64,000 nucleotides of DNA from Maricaulis sp. (lineage in GTDB: Bacteria > Pseudomonadota > Alphaproteobacteria > Caulobacterales > Maricaulaceae). The notes below the pieces were generated by a model. The model was not told where the DNA came from. It saw nothing but the letters and a program-made list of their open reading frames with translations, and made no database searches. Shown piece by piece: positions 47,698 to 58,443 of the stretch. Where the stretch lies: NCBI GenBank assembly GCA_029251785.1, contig JAQXCQ010000126.1:13702-77701 (forward strand), in the 5' to 3' direction. How positions within the stretch are numbered: position 1 is the first letter of the stretch; every line of letters begins with the position of its first letter. The position numbers and the translations under genes were made by a program.

Positions 47698-49330
47698 CCT
47701 GCTGGCGCTGACGGTTGGGGCTGCTGCCCTGATCCAGCCGGCAATGGCGCAAGACGCGATCGAGGTGCAAAGCCTGGATGCGCTGGACCCAATGGAAATC
47801 GGCCTCCCGGACGCTGGTTTGCGGGAAAATTTGTGGGACGGTACCCATGCCGACATGGCGCGACTGGTTATGCAGGCTCTGCCGGATGCGCGTAGTTCCG
47901 GATATAGCTCGCCCACGCAGGCTGCGCTGGCGCGCGCCGTTTTGGCCACAGGCGGCTATCCGCCCTCTGGTGCCCGCGGCCGGTTTGATCTTGCTGCCCT
48001 GCGCGCGGACCGGTTACTGGCGGCGGCGGGAGCCTTTGATGCCTTCGATTTGCTAGAGCGAACGCCGAATATCAATCGCAGTTCCGATCTGTCTTACTGG
48101 CACGCAGAATTGGCGTTTGCCCTGGGCGATAACTCGGTGGCCTGCCGGGTGGCCGACGCGCTGTTGACGGACCGCGATCAGCCGCACTGGTTGCGGACGC
48201 GGGCCTTTTGTCTGGCTCTCAATGGGCAAGGAGCGGCTGCGGAGTTGACGGCAGAGCTGGCGCGGGGCGCCGAAGCGGATGCCGGGTTTGATGCATTGCT
48301 ATTCGGTATCACTCTGGAATCTGGTGTGGATGGAGACATGCCGGCCCTGAATTCAGGGCTGAAGCTGGCGATGGCGCGTCGAATTGCCGATTTTGATGAT
48401 GTAGATATCGCCGTGGCTGATGATGCGCCCGGCTGGATGATACGCCTGTCACAGCAAATGTCGGCGGCCATCGTGACGCCCTCCCAGGACCCAATAGCGG
48501 ATTTGAACCGTTCGGCGGACCTGAGCGGCGACGCACGGACGACGGTTCTGGAATCAGTTCTGGGACAAGGTGCCGATCGCGAAGCTGCGGCATCTGCCCT
48601 GGCGATACTCTTGGGTGATGCGCGGTCGGACGGGCGTTTCTATGCCGCAGCCTTGCGCTATGGCCGTGAGGTGCAATTACTGCCGATGACGGCGGATACA
48701 TTGGCGCACGGCTTTGATTTTGCGATGGCCGCCTTGATCGCCGACGATTTGCGCGTGTCGCGTCGTTGGCGTGAGGGATTGATCGAGGGGCCCGAGCGGG
48801 ATGTCCTGGTGGTGGACCCCACCACATTGAAGCCGATCGATAGCACCGAACGAGTTGGTTCCGATGCCCTTTTCGAAACACCTGATGTCGATGATACACT
48901 CTGGGAGGCACCGTCCGCCCGGAATATGATGCACCTGGATCTGGCGCTGGCAGTTATGGATGATCGTCTGAACGGCGGTGCGTTTGATGCCATTTTGGCC
49001 GCATATCTGGAAGCGCACGGCGATGCCGGCCTGCCTGATGTGGTGGCCTTGACGCGCTTGGGTGCTCGACCTCCGGCCAATTTGCGGCAGCGATTATTTG
49101 CCATAGATGCCGGTTCGAGCAGTCCGCTGAGCCTGGCGATGGAAGCCGCAATGAACGATCGGGCGCAGGCCGAGACAGGACTATTGGCCCTCGCTGTTCT
49201 GGCCTCAACCAAAGAGACCGGAGTCTCGGCCGACGACCTGGCACGCATTGCCGGTGCGCTTGACGCGGTTGGCCTGCGACCCGCCGCACTCGGGCTGATT
49301 CTGGAACGTGTGGCGCAGCGTGCGCAGTGA
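47666..49330 (+). CDS. secreted Ala-rich protein of unknown function (554 aa)
   Basis: GTG start preceded by AGGAGG at optimal spacing. Signal SLLALTVGAAALIQPAMA-QD. Stop overlaps the xerD GTG (GTGA). Confidence 0.75.
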   Translation: MSSLKTIFRASLLALTVGAAALIQPAMAQDAIEVQSLDALDPMEIGLPDAGLRENLWDGTHADMARLVMQALPDARSSGYSSPTQAALARAVLATGGYPPSGARGRFDLAALRADRLLAAAGAFDAFDLLERTPNINRSSDLSYWHAELAFALGDNSVACRVADALLTDRDQPHWLRTRAFCLALNGQGAAAELTAELARGAEADAGFDALLFGITLESGVDGDMPALNSGLKLAMARRIADFDDVDIAVADDAPGWMIRLSQQMSAAIVTPSQDPIADLNRSADLSGDARTTVLESVLGQGADREAAASALAILLGDARSDGRFYAAALRYGREVQLLPMTADTLAHGFDFAMAALIADDLRVSRRWREGLIEGPERDVLVVDPTTLKPIDSTERVGSDALFETPDVDDTLWEAPSARNMMHLDLALAVMDDRLNGGAFDAILAAYLEAHGDAGLPDVVALTRLGARPPANLRQRLFAIDAGSSSPLSLAMEAAMNDRAQAETGLLALAVLASTKETGVSADDLARIAGALDAVGLRPAALGLILERVAQRAQ

Positions 49331-50253
49331 GTGCGCGGCAGGATATAGAGCTGTTCCTTGATATGATGGCGGCCGAACGTGGGGCTGCGATCAATACGCT
49401 GGAGGCCTATCGCCGAGATTTGGGGGATGTCGATGCCCGTCTGGCGACGCGGGGTATTGCGATGCGCGAAGCCGCGACGTCTGATTTGGAATCTGTTCTC
49501 TCGAGCCTGAAAACTGATGGTCTGTCGGCCGCGACAGCGGCGCGTCGCTTGTCGGCGATGAAGCGATTTTATCGGTTTTTACTGTCTGAGGGTGTGCGTG
49601 GTGATGACCCAAGCACACCCTTGCGAGGGCCGAAGGCGGGACGGCGATTGCCAAAAGTATTGACCGAAGCCGATGTCGACGCGCTGTTTTCTGCCGCGGC
49701 GGACATGCCCGGGCCCGGCGGGGTCCGCATGCGAGCGATGTTGGAGATACTCTATGCGGGCGGTTTGCGGGTGAGTGAGCTGGTTTCGCTGCCACTGGTC
49801 GCGTTCGCCCGTGCCGAGCGTTGTATTTTCGTTCGTGGCAAGGGTGATAAGGAACGTATGGTTCCTCTCACATCAGCGGCGCTGGAAGCGATCGCCGTTT
49901 ATCGTGACGTCCGCGCGGCGCATCTGCCGGCCGACAGCGCGAAGGCAGCCAAGGCAAGCACTTTCCTGTTTCCATCCCGCAGGGCATCTCAGGGGCATAT
50001 GACGCGGGAGAGGTTTGCGCAAATATTACAGGCGCTTGCTGTTGCAGCCGGGCTGGATGCGGCGACAGTATCTCCGCATGTAATGCGCCATGCCTTCGCG
50101 ACACATTTGCTGGCGCGCGGCGCCGATCTGAGAAGCGTTCAATTGCTCTTAGGTCATGCGGATGTGTCGTCCACACAGATATATACGCATGTTTTGGACG
50201 AGCGTTTGCGGGCTCTGCTGGAGACCGCCCACCCGCTTGCAGACAAGCCCTGA
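49327..50253 (+). CDS. xerD: site-specific tyrosine recombinase XerD
   Basis: N-terminal LEAYRRDL; C-terminal HVMRHAFATHLLARGADLRSVQLLLGHADVSSTQIYTHV, close to the XerD consensus. Confidence 0.92.
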   Translation: MSARQDIELFLDMMAAERGAAINTLEAYRRDLGDVDARLATRGIAMREAATSDLESVLSSLKTDGLSAATAARRLSAMKRFYRFLLSEGVRGDDPSTPLRGPKAGRRLPKVLTEADVDALFSAAADMPGPGGVRMRAMLEILYAGGLRVSELVSLPLVAFARAERCIFVRGKGDKERMVPLTSAALEAIAVYRDVRAAHLPADSAKAAKASTFLFPSRRASQGHMTRERFAQILQALAVAAGLDAATVSPHVMRHAFATHLLARGADLRSVQLLLGHADVSSTQIYTHVLDERLRALLETAHPLADKP

Positions 50254-50362
50254 GCCGGTCACGGACAATTCATATGCGTCCTATGCGTAAAGCGGGCTTG
50301 TGACCGGTTGCAGGGGTGGTTAGTTTGCGGTGTCATTCATAGCGCACAGGCGTTGGCACGGC

Positions 50363-51346
50363 ATGTCCGATCCCACACGTACTTATCTAGATTTTGAACG
50401 GCCTCTGGCGGAGCTGGAAGCTAAAATCGAAGAATTAGAATCGCTGACCTCCAGCTCCGGTGAGGATGCGCCGGATGTTGCTGAAGAAACGGCGAAGCTG
50501 CGCCAAAAGGCCAGTGAACAGCTGGCATCGCTGTATGGCAAGCTGGATCCGTGGCGCAAGACGCAGGTCGCCCGTCACCCGGAACGTCCGCATTTTCACA
50601 CATACCGCGAAAATTTGATCGAGGATTTCGAGAAGCTTTGCGGCGACCGCCGTTTCTCTGAAGATGCCGCGATTGTTGGTGGGCTCGGGCGATTCCGAGG
50701 GCGATCCGTTGTGATTATCGGACATGAAAAGGGACGTGATACCAAATCGCGCCTGCACCATAATTTCGGCATGGCTCGACCCGAGGGTTATCGCAAGGCC
50801 ATCCGTTTGATGGATATGGCCGAGAAATTTGGGCTGCCAGTTCTGACATTTGTCGATACGGCGGGGGCCTATCCGGGCCTTGGCGCGGAAGAGCGCGGCC
50901 AGGCCGAGGCGATTGCCCGTTCAACCGAGCGGTGTCTGACATTGGGTGTGCCTCTGATTTCCGTCATCACCGGCGAGGGCGGCTCAGGCGGCGCGATTGC
51001 ATTGGCGGCAGCCAATACGGTGATGATGCTTGAGCACTCCATCTACTCTGTGATCTCGCCGGAAGGCTGTGCCTCAATCCTCTGGAAGGATGCGGCGCGG
51101 GCCAAAGATGCCGCCGTGGCAATGAAAATAACCGCGCAGGACCTTCTGGATCTCAAAGTTGTCGATAGCGTGATTGCCGAGCCTGTTGGAGGCGCCCATC
51201 GAGCTCCGGATGCGACGGTTCGTGCGGTCGGTGATGCGATTGAAGCCAGTTTGGCGAAGCTTGAAGGCCTTAGCGCAGAGCAAATTCGAGCCAAGCGACG
51301 CGAGCGCTTTTTGGCGATCGGCCGGGTTGAGGTTGATCTGGGCTGA
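50363..51346 (+). CDS. accA: acetyl-CoA carboxylase carboxyltransferase subunit alpha
   Basis: [51 protein letters not shown]. Confidence 0.96.
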   Translation: MSDPTRTYLDFERPLAELEAKIEELESLTSSSGEDAPDVAEETAKLRQKASEQLASLYGKLDPWRKTQVARHPERPHFHTYRENLIEDFEKLCGDRRFSEDAAIVGGLGRFRGRSVVIIGHEKGRDTKSRLHHNFGMARPEGYRKAIRLMDMAEKFGLPVLTFVDTAGAYPGLGAEERGQAEAIARSTERCLTLGVPLISVITGEGGSGGAIALAAANTVMMLEHSIYSVISPEGCASILWKDAARAKDAAVAMKITAQDLLDLKVVDSVIAEPVGGAHRAPDATVRAVGDAIEASLAKLEGLSAEQIRAKRRERFLAIGRVEVDLG

Positions 51347-51370
51347 GTAACTTGGCCGAATTTGGCTCGC

Positions 51371-51832
51371 CTACAGAACCATTTCCAGCCAGGGCAGCTC
51401 TCTGCCCTTGAATACGTCAGATGGACGCATTTCCACACGCCGCGCGCCCATATGGATGTAGGCGGCTTCAGCATCCGGATCTGAGAGAATGGTCATGATC
51501 GTCTCTCCCGCGGCTTTCAGACGCTTGCAGGCATCATTAAACAGGATTCGACCGACGCCATGACCGATCGCGTCGGGCGTGATGAAGAGCAAATCCAGTG
51601 TGCCGTGCGTGCTGCCCGGTTCGATCTGACAGACGCCCAAAATTGCACCATTTAACTCGGCAACAACGGTCCGACCGGTCGCGATGGCCTCGGGAGTCAC
51701 CTTCAGATGTGGTGCGACGGCGGCCATGAAGTCTGAATCATAACCCCAATGGGCTTTGGATCGCAGACACAATTCTGATAGCGCGTCCTCTTCACCCGGT
51801 CGGGCCGGGCGAAGCTGGACGGCATTGCTCAT
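51371..51832 (-). CDS. GNAT-family N-acetyltransferase
   Basis: 153 aa; acetyl-CoA site IGHGVGRILF. Starts 2 nt after the secA stop. Confidence 0.85.
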   Translation of the reverse strand: MSNAVQLRPARPGEEDALSELCLRSKAHWGYDSDFMAAVAPHLKVTPEAIATGRTVVAELNGAILGVCQIEPGSTHGTLDLLFITPDAIGHGVGRILFNDACKRLKAAGETIMTILSDPDAEAAYIHMGARRVEMRPSDVFKGRELPWLEMVL

Positions 51833-51834
51833 AC

Positions 51835-54693
51835 TTAGACCGATCCGACTGCCCCGTGGCAGTGCTTGTATTTCTTACCTGAATTGCAGGGACAAGCTGC
51901 ATTTCGTGAGACGCGGCCCCAGGTTTCCGGCTTGCCCGGGTCTGCAGGCGTGGACGCGCGACGCAGGGTCGGTGCTGTCCGCGGTGCGACGGGTGCAGCT
52001 CCTGGGGGCGCCATTTCATTGCGACCGGTACGGGGGTCAATATGGCTTTCGGTAATATTGGTCGGTTGTTGTGGTGCTTCGGGCGGACGCTCAAAACGAA
52101 CCCGCATAAGCTTGGTCGTGACATCGACCCGGAGGCCGTCCATCAGGCGCTCAAACAATGCGAAAGCCTCGGTTTTATATTCATCGAGTGGATTTCGCTG
52201 GGCGTGGCCGCGCAGGTGGATGGTTCCGCGCAGGCTGTCGAGATTTTGCAAGTGCTCGCGCCAACCGATATCGATCGCTTCCAGGAGAAACCGTTTTTCG
52301 ACATGACGCATGAAATCCGGGCTCGCATTGGCGGCCTTCTCTGCATAGATGCGATCTGCCTGGGAGAGGAAGCGTTCTAGAATTTCCTCGTCCGCAATAC
52401 CCTCTTCCGCTGCCCATTCGGCAATCGGCAAATCCATATTGAAGACTTCGATGATGCGTTCGCGCAGGCCCTCTGAATCCCATTGGTCCGCATAAGCCTT
52501 GGGCGGAATATGCTCGGTGACCAGGTCTTCCGCGGTCTGGTGGCGCATGTCCTTGATGACGTCTGACACGTCGGTATCATTCATAAACTCAATACGGTTT
52601 TCAAAGATCGACTTGCGCTGGGCGTTGACCACATCATCGTATTTCAGAACGTTTTTGCGGATGTCGAAATTGCGCTGCTCAACTTTTTTCTGGGATTGCT
52701 CAAGCGCCTTCGACATCCAGGGGTGCTGGATGGCCTCGCCCTGGCGGAAGCCGAGCGTTTTGAGCATGCCGTCGAGACGTTCCGGCGCGAAAATGCGCAT
52801 CAGATCATCTTGCAAGGACACGAAGAATTTCGAGCGCCCCGGATCACCCTGACGACCGGTCCGACCCCGTAGCTGATTATCAATGCGACGGCTTTCATGG
52901 CGTTCGGTCGCCAATACGTAGAGCCCACCGGCCTCTTTGGCGTGTGACTTTTTGGTTTCGATATCCGCTGTGATTGCGTCACGTTCCTTGGCGATGGCTG
53001 TTTCGGTTGGCGGCTTGCCAATGCTGGTTTGCGACTCGATCCAGGCCTCGAGCTGCATCTCAAGATTACCGCCGAGCTGGATGTCGGTACCGCGACCAGC
53101 CATGTTGGTGGCGATCGTGACGGCTCCGGGCACACCGGCCTGGGCGACGATATATGCTTCTTGTTCATGGAAGCGCGCGTTGAGAACCTGGTGCTCAATG
53201 GGCACCAATTTCAGAATTTCTGTGAGCGTCTTGCGGGGCGGCAGTCCGGCTTTTTCGAGCTCTTCCTGCTCTGCGGTATCCTTGGGATAGAGATGGCCAA
53301 GATTATCCTTAAAGGCTTTTTTGGTGCTGAGTATTTCGGATAATTGTTCGGATTTTTCGATCGAAACCGTACCGACGAGCACTGGCTGGCCACGCTTTTG
53401 ACTGTCGACAATGTCGTCGATGATCGCCGCGTATTTTTCCATCATCGTTCGATAGACTTCGTCTTCATTATCAATCCGAGCGATCGGTTTATTGGTCGGT
53501 ATTTCGATCACTTCCAACTCGTAGATTGAGTGGAATTCGTCAGCCTCGGTCAGCGCGGTACCCGTCATGCCTGACAGGCGCTCATAGAGGCGGAAATAAT
53601 TTTGGAAGGTGACGGAAGCCAAGGTCTGGTTTTCCGGCTGGATATCAGTGCCTTCCTTGGCCTCGATGGCCTGGTGCAAACCATCGGACAAGCGGCGGCC
53701 CTGCATCATGCGACCGGTAAATTCGTCGATCAGCATCACTTCGCCATCTTTGACGATATAATCCTTGTCGCGCTTGAAAACCTTATGAGCCTTGAGGGCC
53801 TGGTTAACGTGATGAACAAGCGAGACATTTTCGATGTCATACATGTCGCCTTCGCTGAGCAATTCGCGCTCACGCAGAAGCGTCTCAATTTCTTCATTAC
53901 CGTCTTCGCTCAGGGAGACGGTGCGGGACTTCTCGTCTATTTCGTAAGCGTCTTCTGACAGCAGCGGAATGACGGCATCGATGGTTTTGTAAAAATCGGT
54001 GCGATCTTCGGTGCGACCGGAAATGATGAGCGGTGTACGCGCTTCATCGACGAGGATTGAATCGACCTCATCGACGATAACGAAGGCATGGCCGCGCTGA
54101 ACCATTTCTTCTGGTGAAAACTTCATATTATCGCGGAGATAATCGAACCCAAGCTCATTATTGGTCGCGTAGGTAATATCGCAGCGATAGGCTTCGCGCC
54201 GCTCGGCGTCGCTCTTGCCGTTTGAGATGACACCGGTCGTCATGCCAAGTTGGGCAAAAACCCGGCCCATCCATTCCGCATCACGGGTGGCCAGATAATC
54301 ATTGACGGTGACGACGTGGACGCCATTGCCCGGCAATGCATTGAGGTAGCTGGGCAGAGTTGCGACGAGAGTTTTACCCTCACCGGTCTTCATCTCGGCG
54401 ATATTTCCGCCATTGAGCACCATGCCGCCCACCAATTGTACATCATAGGGGCGCAGACCCAGGGCGCGTCGGGCAGCCTCGCGAACCGCTGCGAAGGCTT
54501 CGGGCAGGAGATTGTCCAGCTTCTCACCGTCTTCCAGACGTTTGCGAAACTCGGGAGTTTTGGCTTTCAGAGCGTCATCGCTAAGCGCCTCAAACTCTGC
54601 TTCAAGCGCGTTAATGCTTGCTACAACAGGGTTCAACTTGCGGAGATGCCGGTCATTGGCGGTGCCGAAAAATTTGCGTACGATTGAAAGCAT
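51835..54693 (-). CDS. secA: preprotein translocase ATPase SecA
   Basis: 952 aa; MKTGEGKTL Walker [21 protein letters not shown]-terminal zinc motif [14 protein letters not shown]. Confidence 0.99.
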   Translation of the reverse strand: MLSIVRKFFGTANDRHLRKLNPVVASINALEAEFEALSDDALKAKTPEFRKRLEDGEKLDNLLPEAFAAVREAARRALGLRPYDVQLVGGMVLNGGNIAEMKTGEGKTLVATLPSYLNALPGNGVHVVTVNDYLATRDAEWMGRVFAQLGMTTGVISNGKSDAERREAYRCDITYATNNELGFDYLRDNMKFSPEEMVQRGHAFVIVDEVDSILVDEARTPLIISGRTEDRTDFYKTIDAVIPLLSEDAYEIDEKSRTVSLSEDGNEEIETLLRERELLSEGDMYDIENVSLVHHVNQALKAHKVFKRDKDYIVKDGEVMLIDEFTGRMMQGRRLSDGLHQAIEAKEGTDIQPENQTLASVTFQNYFRLYERLSGMTGTALTEADEFHSIYELEVIEIPTNKPIARIDNEDEVYRTMMEKYAAIIDDIVDSQKRGQPVLVGTVSIEKSEQLSEILSTKKAFKDNLGHLYPKDTAEQEELEKAGLPPRKTLTEILKLVPIEHQVLNARFHEQEAYIVAQAGVPGAVTIATNMAGRGTDIQLGGNLEMQLEAWIESQTSIGKPPTETAIAKERDAITADIETKKSHAKEAGGLYVLATERHESRRIDNQLRGRTGRQGDPGRSKFFVSLQDDLMRIFAPERLDGMLKTLGFRQGEAIQHPWMSKALEQSQKKVEQRNFDIRKNVLKYDDVVNAQRKSIFENRIEFMNDTDVSDVIKDMRHQTAEDLVTEHIPPKAYADQWDSEGLRERIIEVFNMDLPIAEWAAEEGIADEEILERFLSQADRIYAEKAANASPDFMRHVEKRFLLEAIDIGWREHLQNLDSLRGTIHLRGHAQRNPLDEYKTEAFALFERLMDGLRVDVTTKLMRVRFERPPEAPQQPTNITESHIDPRTGRNEMAPPGAAPVAPRTAPTLRRASTPADPGKPETWGRVSRNAACPCNSGKKYKHCHGAVGSV

Positions 54694-54858
54694 GTCTCTG
54701 GCTTTGCGAACTAGTGTTGGTCGATAAACTGTACCGGGATCACGTGATCGTCTGTAACAGGCACCGGCATTGCTTTAGGGCGTTAAGCTGACTTAAGGAT
54801 GGGGCTATACAGTGTCAATCAAGCCGCGCGGTAAACGTCGCGCGAAAGAGGGTCTTGA

Positions 54859-55806
54859 ATGATGACAAAATCTGCGGTGCAGGGCTTTGTGTTCTTGGTA
54901 ATTGCCACAGGTTTCGTGGTCGCGTGCGGGCCGGAACCGCGAGCGACAGTTGACGGGCGCGCGGCGACGACCGGTTCGGCTGCACTGTCGGAAGGGGATC
55001 AAATTGCTGCGCGTGTTGATGATACCGTTATCTTGCGCACGGATGTTTGGCGCGAGGCACAAGCCCAATTCGGCGAAGCAGCCGGCTTACCTCCGGAACT
55101 TAGCGATGAAGACTTTGACGCAATCGTCGAGCAATTGATCGATCAGCGTTTGCTGGCACTGGAGGCTCGCCGCCGTGATTTGCATCGTACACCGGATGCG
55201 CGGCGTCAGCTGGCGCTGGCAGAAGAGCGGATACTCGGCAATGTGCTCGTTGAGACGACGTTAGAAGACGCGGTGACCGAGGAGACAATTCAGCGGATTT
55301 ATGCGGAGCAAATCCGTTTGATCCCCCGCGGCATCGAAGTGCGTGCCCGCCACATCATGGTTGCGTCGCGTGAGGAAGCCGACGCGGTGAAGGCGCGCCT
55401 GGACGCGGGCGAGGATTTTGCCCAGCTGGCTGTTGCAATCAGCCAGGACAATGCGACCCGCCTTGAAGGCGGGGATATGGGGTATTTCTCAAGGCAGGGT
55501 ATCTTGCCGGCCTTCGGGGCCGTGGCCTTCGCCACCGATGAAGGTGCGATATCGGAACCCTTCCAGAGCGAGTTTGGCTGGCATGTACTGACAGTGGTCG
55601 ACCGTCGACAGCAACCGCCGCCATCTCTGGAAACCTTACGCGCCAATATCGTGCGCTATTACACCTTCGATCAGTTGGAGACATTGATCGTCGATTTGCG
55701 AAGCGCGGCCACAGTGGAACGTTTCGCACTGGAAGACGCAGGGGCATTTGGCGAGGCGGAAGCCGGCGATCCCTCCGATGTCGAGGCCGGTAGTCCTCCA
55801 GATTAA
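54859..55806 (+). CDS. parvulin-type peptidyl-prolyl cis-trans isomerase (SurA/PpiD-like), lipoprotein
   Basis: Signal/lipobox FLVIATGFVVAC; rotamase domain RARHIMV...GGDMGYF...FGWHVLTV. Confidence 0.88.
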   Translation: MMTKSAVQGFVFLVIATGFVVACGPEPRATVDGRAATTGSAALSEGDQIAARVDDTVILRTDVWREAQAQFGEAAGLPPELSDEDFDAIVEQLIDQRLLALEARRRDLHRTPDARRQLALAEERILGNVLVETTLEDAVTEETIQRIYAEQIRLIPRGIEVRARHIMVASREEADAVKARLDAGEDFAQLAVAISQDNATRLEGGDMGYFSRQGILPAFGAVAFATDEGAISEPFQSEFGWHVLTVVDRRQQPPPSLETLRANIVRYYTFDQLETLIVDLRSAATVERFALEDAGAFGEAEAGDPSDVEAGSPPD

Positions 55807-55856
55807 GGCGTGCTTAACCGTGCTTGTGAACAAGCCCTTAAGGGAGTTTTTATAGA

Positions 55857-56273
55857 ATGATCGCGATTGGCTCAAAGCCGGTGATTAATGTGGTGGCGTG
55901 CGCGCTCCTCGATGCAGATCAACGCATCTTGTTGGCGAAGCGCCCCGCGGGAAAACCGATGGCGGGCCTTTGGGAATTTCCTGGCGGCAAAATCGAGCCG
56001 GGAGAAACGCCGGAGCAAGCGATTGTCAGAGAGTTACGGGAAGAATTGGGTGTGGAGCCCTGCGAGCGGTGCCTGCACCCCTTTGCCTTCGTCTCTCATC
56101 CCTACGAGACTTTCCACATCGTCATGCCGCTTTTCGTTTGCCGCACCTGGGACGGCTTCCCGCATCCAAGAGAGGGGCAGGAACTCGCATGGGTAAAGAA
56201 AGACAAGCTTCGAAACTATTCCATGCCGGCGGCCGATATGCCTCTGGCGGCCGAGTTGCGCGACCGTCTCTAG
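55857..56273 (+). CDS. mutT: Nudix hydrolase, MutT-type 8-oxo-dGTP diphosphatase
   Basis: Nudix box GGKIEPGETPEQAIVRELREELGV; WEFPGGK. Confidence 0.9.
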   Translation: MIAIGSKPVINVVACALLDADQRILLAKRPAGKPMAGLWEFPGGKIEPGETPEQAIVRELREELGVEPCERCLHPFAFVSHPYETFHIVMPLFVCRTWDGFPHPREGQELAWVKKDKLRNYSMPAADMPLAAELRDRL

Positions 56274-56281
56274 TCGCGACG

Positions 56282-56431
56282 TTGAAGCGATTTTCTGTCG
56301 ACGAGCAGGGTGGGACGTCGGTGGAATATTCGATTATTGCGGTAATTGTCTCTATCGGCATCGTCGCCGGTCTGGCGATCATTGGGCCGACCGTTATGGG
56401 CATGTATGCGGACGCTGCAGCCGGATTCTAG
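56282..56431 (+). CDS. flp: Flp-family type IVb (Tad) prepilin, TTG start
   Basis: (M)KRFSVDEQGGTSVEYSIIAVIVSIGIVAGLAIIGPTVMGMYADAAAGF: canonical Flp leader plus G/xxxxEY processing motif and hydrophobic helix (cf. Caulobacter PilA FLKDESGATAIEYGLIVALIAVVI). Embedded in the tail of spurious ORF 55898..56431. Confidence 0.75.
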   Translation: MKRFSVDEQGGTSVEYSIIAVIVSIGIVAGLAIIGPTVMGMYADAAAGF

Positions 56432-57360
56432 CGACCGGCTTTTTCTCCTAAAGATTTTTCTGTCACGCCGAGCGCGTCTGCCAGCCGTGTTGTCGCGGAG
56501 CCCGGGCGCTTGGGCTTGGGTTGGTCTGGATGTGGGGCCCAGCCTGCGGCATGGATAATCTCAAACGTTGCCCGGATGCGACCGTCGGAATCACTAAAGC
56601 GTTCCGCATAAATCTCCGCGGCGCGTAAAAAAAGCGCTCGTGTGGCGGGCGTTCGTGGCCGGTTTGTCAGCACACTGGTTTCGCCCATCCCTCGGATATC
56701 GGCCATCAAAGCAAACAAATTGTCATAGCGGACGGTGATCCGATCGACGTCGGAGACCGGCAAGGTAAAGCCGGCGCGCTGAAGCAATTGCGCCATGTCG
56801 ACCGGCCCCGCAAAGGGTGAGACACGGGCGTTGACGCCTTCGGTCAGTTCTGTTTCGGCGGCCATAATGGATTGGCGCAATTCGGTGAGCGTGGATCCAC
56901 CAAACAGGGCAGCCGCAAAAAACCCGTCAGGTTTGAGCGCGCGATTGATTTGCACGAGCGCGCCGGGAAGGTCATTGGTCCAGTGCAGGCTTAGCGGAGC
57001 GAGGACAAGATCGAGACATTCATCGGCGATCGGTAAAATTTCCTCGTCCAGGCAAAGCGGAGATGCGGTCAGGCGTGCCGCCATTTTCGGAGACAAATCG
57101 CTCTGTGCATACCATTCCAGCTTGGTATCCATATGCCGCTCGGCCATCGTCGATGTCAGGCCGGGGCCCCCGCCCAGGATAAGGGCCCGGTCAAAGTCAC
57201 GTGTGACGCTTTCCACACGGTCACACAGATCCTCAAAACAGCGTTTCGCCAAAAAGTGGTAATTGTGTATATTGCTCGCAGATCGATTTCGGCGCGTGCG
57301 GAGCAGATCGCGATCAAACAGGCAGGGAGGTGTCGATGTATCTGTGGCGTTCGGCGTCAT
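56428..57360 (-). CDS. class I SAM-dependent methyltransferase (BioC/NDUFAF5-like)
   Basis: ALILGGGPG motif I, LKPDGFFAAALFGG. Conserved alphaproteobacterial position next to comF-grxC. Confidence 0.85.
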   Translation of the reverse strand: MTPNATDTSTPPCLFDRDLLRTRRNRSASNIHNYHFLAKRCFEDLCDRVESVTRDFDRALILGGGPGLTSTMAERHMDTKLEWYAQSDLSPKMAARLTASPLCLDEEILPIADECLDLVLAPLSLHWTNDLPGALVQINRALKPDGFFAAALFGGSTLTELRQSIMAAETELTEGVNARVSPFAGPVDMAQLLQRAGFTLPVSDVDRITVRYDNLFALMADIRGMGETSVLTNRPRTPATRALFLRAAEIYAERFSDSDGRIRATFEIIHAAGWAPHPDQPKPKRPGSATTRLADALGVTEKSLGEKAGR

Positions 57361-57406
57361 TGGGCGGATATGCCCGTTTCAGACAGGGGACGAAAGGGGG
57401 CAGGCC

Positions 57407-58153
57407 ATGTTGATGTCGGCACGCGCGCGTCTGTTTGATGCATTGTGGCCTCCGGCTTGCCCGGTTTCAGGCGTCGCGGTGGATCGACCGGGGCATATCA
57501 GCGCGGATATCTGGTTGGGTCTAAATTTTCTCGATGCGCCGTGGTGCGCGCTTTGCGGACTACCCTTTCCCTACACTGCCGGGGCAGGTGTGGGGCGCGG
57601 TATGGTATGCGGACCGTGCATCGCCAAACCCCCGCGGTTCGATACAGCACGGGCTCCTATTGCTTACGATGATGCGTCACGCTTTTTCATTTTGGGGTTC
57701 AAGAATGGCGGGCGTCAGGACATGCTCGTGCAGTTTTCGCGCTGGATGGCCCGTGCGGCGGCCGAAGAAATCGCGGAGGCGGACCTCATCATTCCGGTCC
57801 CGTTGCACTGGAGACGGCTGATTTCGCGTCGTTATAATCAGTCGGCTTTGTTGGCCCGTGCTTTGTGCCGGGAAACGGGGTTGCCCTTTGATGCGGATAT
57901 CCTGGCGCGGAGGCGGGCAACGCCCAGCCAGGCGGGACGAAGTGTTAAGGCGAGGCGGCGCAATATGGCGGCGGCGTTTGAAATTCGCAGCGCCAGCCAA
58001 CTGGCCGGGAAGGTGGTTGTGTTGGTCGATGATGTGTACACGACAGGCGCAACCGTCTCGGCCTGCACGCGAATGCTCAAATTATCGGGAGCGCGCCGTG
58101 TGCATGTTGTGACACTGGCGCGCGTTGTACGAACGCGCGACCCCACTATGTAG
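57407..58153 (+). CDS. comF: ComF-family protein (zinc ribbon + phosphoribosyltransferase-like domain)
   Basis: N-terminal CPVSG...C..CGLPF...CGPC; C-terminal PRT motif VVVLVDDVYTTGATV. Confidence 0.88.
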   Translation: MLMSARARLFDALWPPACPVSGVAVDRPGHISADIWLGLNFLDAPWCALCGLPFPYTAGAGVGRGMVCGPCIAKPPRFDTARAPIAYDDASRFFILGFKNGGRQDMLVQFSRWMARAAAEEIAEADLIIPVPLHWRRLISRRYNQSALLARALCRETGLPFDADILARRRATPSQAGRSVKARRRNMAAAFEIRSASQLAGKVVVLVDDVYTTGATVSACTRMLKLSGARRVHVVTLARVVRTRDPTM

Positions 58154-58171
58154 GGGCAAAGGAGTTTTTTG

Positions 58172-58432
58172 ATGGCTGAAATTACAATTTACACGCGCCC
58201 AATGTGCGGTTTTTGCGTCCGCGCAGTCGCCCTTCTAAAAAAGAAGGGGGTCAAGTTCACCGAGATCGATGCTGGTTGGGATGCGGCGAAGAAGAAAGAA
58301 ATGATCCAGCGCTCCGGCGGTGCTTCGACCTATCCGCAGATTTTTGTCGGTGATGTGCATATTGGCGGCTGCGATGATTTGCTTCATCTCGAACAAGCCT
58401 CCAAGCTCGATGCCATGTTGGCAATGGAGTAA
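58172..58432 (+). CDS. grxC: glutaredoxin 3
   Basis: CGFC active site, TYPQIFVGDVHIGGCDD; GGAG RBS. Confidence 0.93.
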   Translation: MAEITIYTRPMCGFCVRAVALLKKKGVKFTEIDAGWDAAKKKEMIQRSGGASTYPQIFVGDVHIGGCDDLLHLEQASKLDAMLAME

Positions 58433-58443
58433 GCACTGCGACA

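Noticed and set aside
47452-47949. Long N-terminal extension of the aroK ORF (349-aa version)
   Set aside because: Shikimate kinases are about 170-190 aa. The extension overlaps the divergent secreted-protein gene and has shadow-like composition.
49327-50253. Tyrosine recombinase as a marker of an integrated mobile element
   Set aside because: The C-terminal catalytic region matches XerD closely, and the neighbours (aroKB, accA, secA) are core genes. No att-like repeats, tRNA or phage genes are nearby.
54783-54796. TTAA-N6-TTAA (TTAAGCTGACTTAA) upstream of the parvulin gene as a CtrA box
   Set aside because: The CtrA consensus is TTAA-N7-TTAA, so the spacing is one nucleotide short. It is better described as a short TTAAG direct repeat.
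55898-56281. First 128 codons of ORF 55898..56431
   Set aside because: Overlaps mutT out of frame (mutT carries a clear Nudix box). Only the terminal Flp-like segment is credible.
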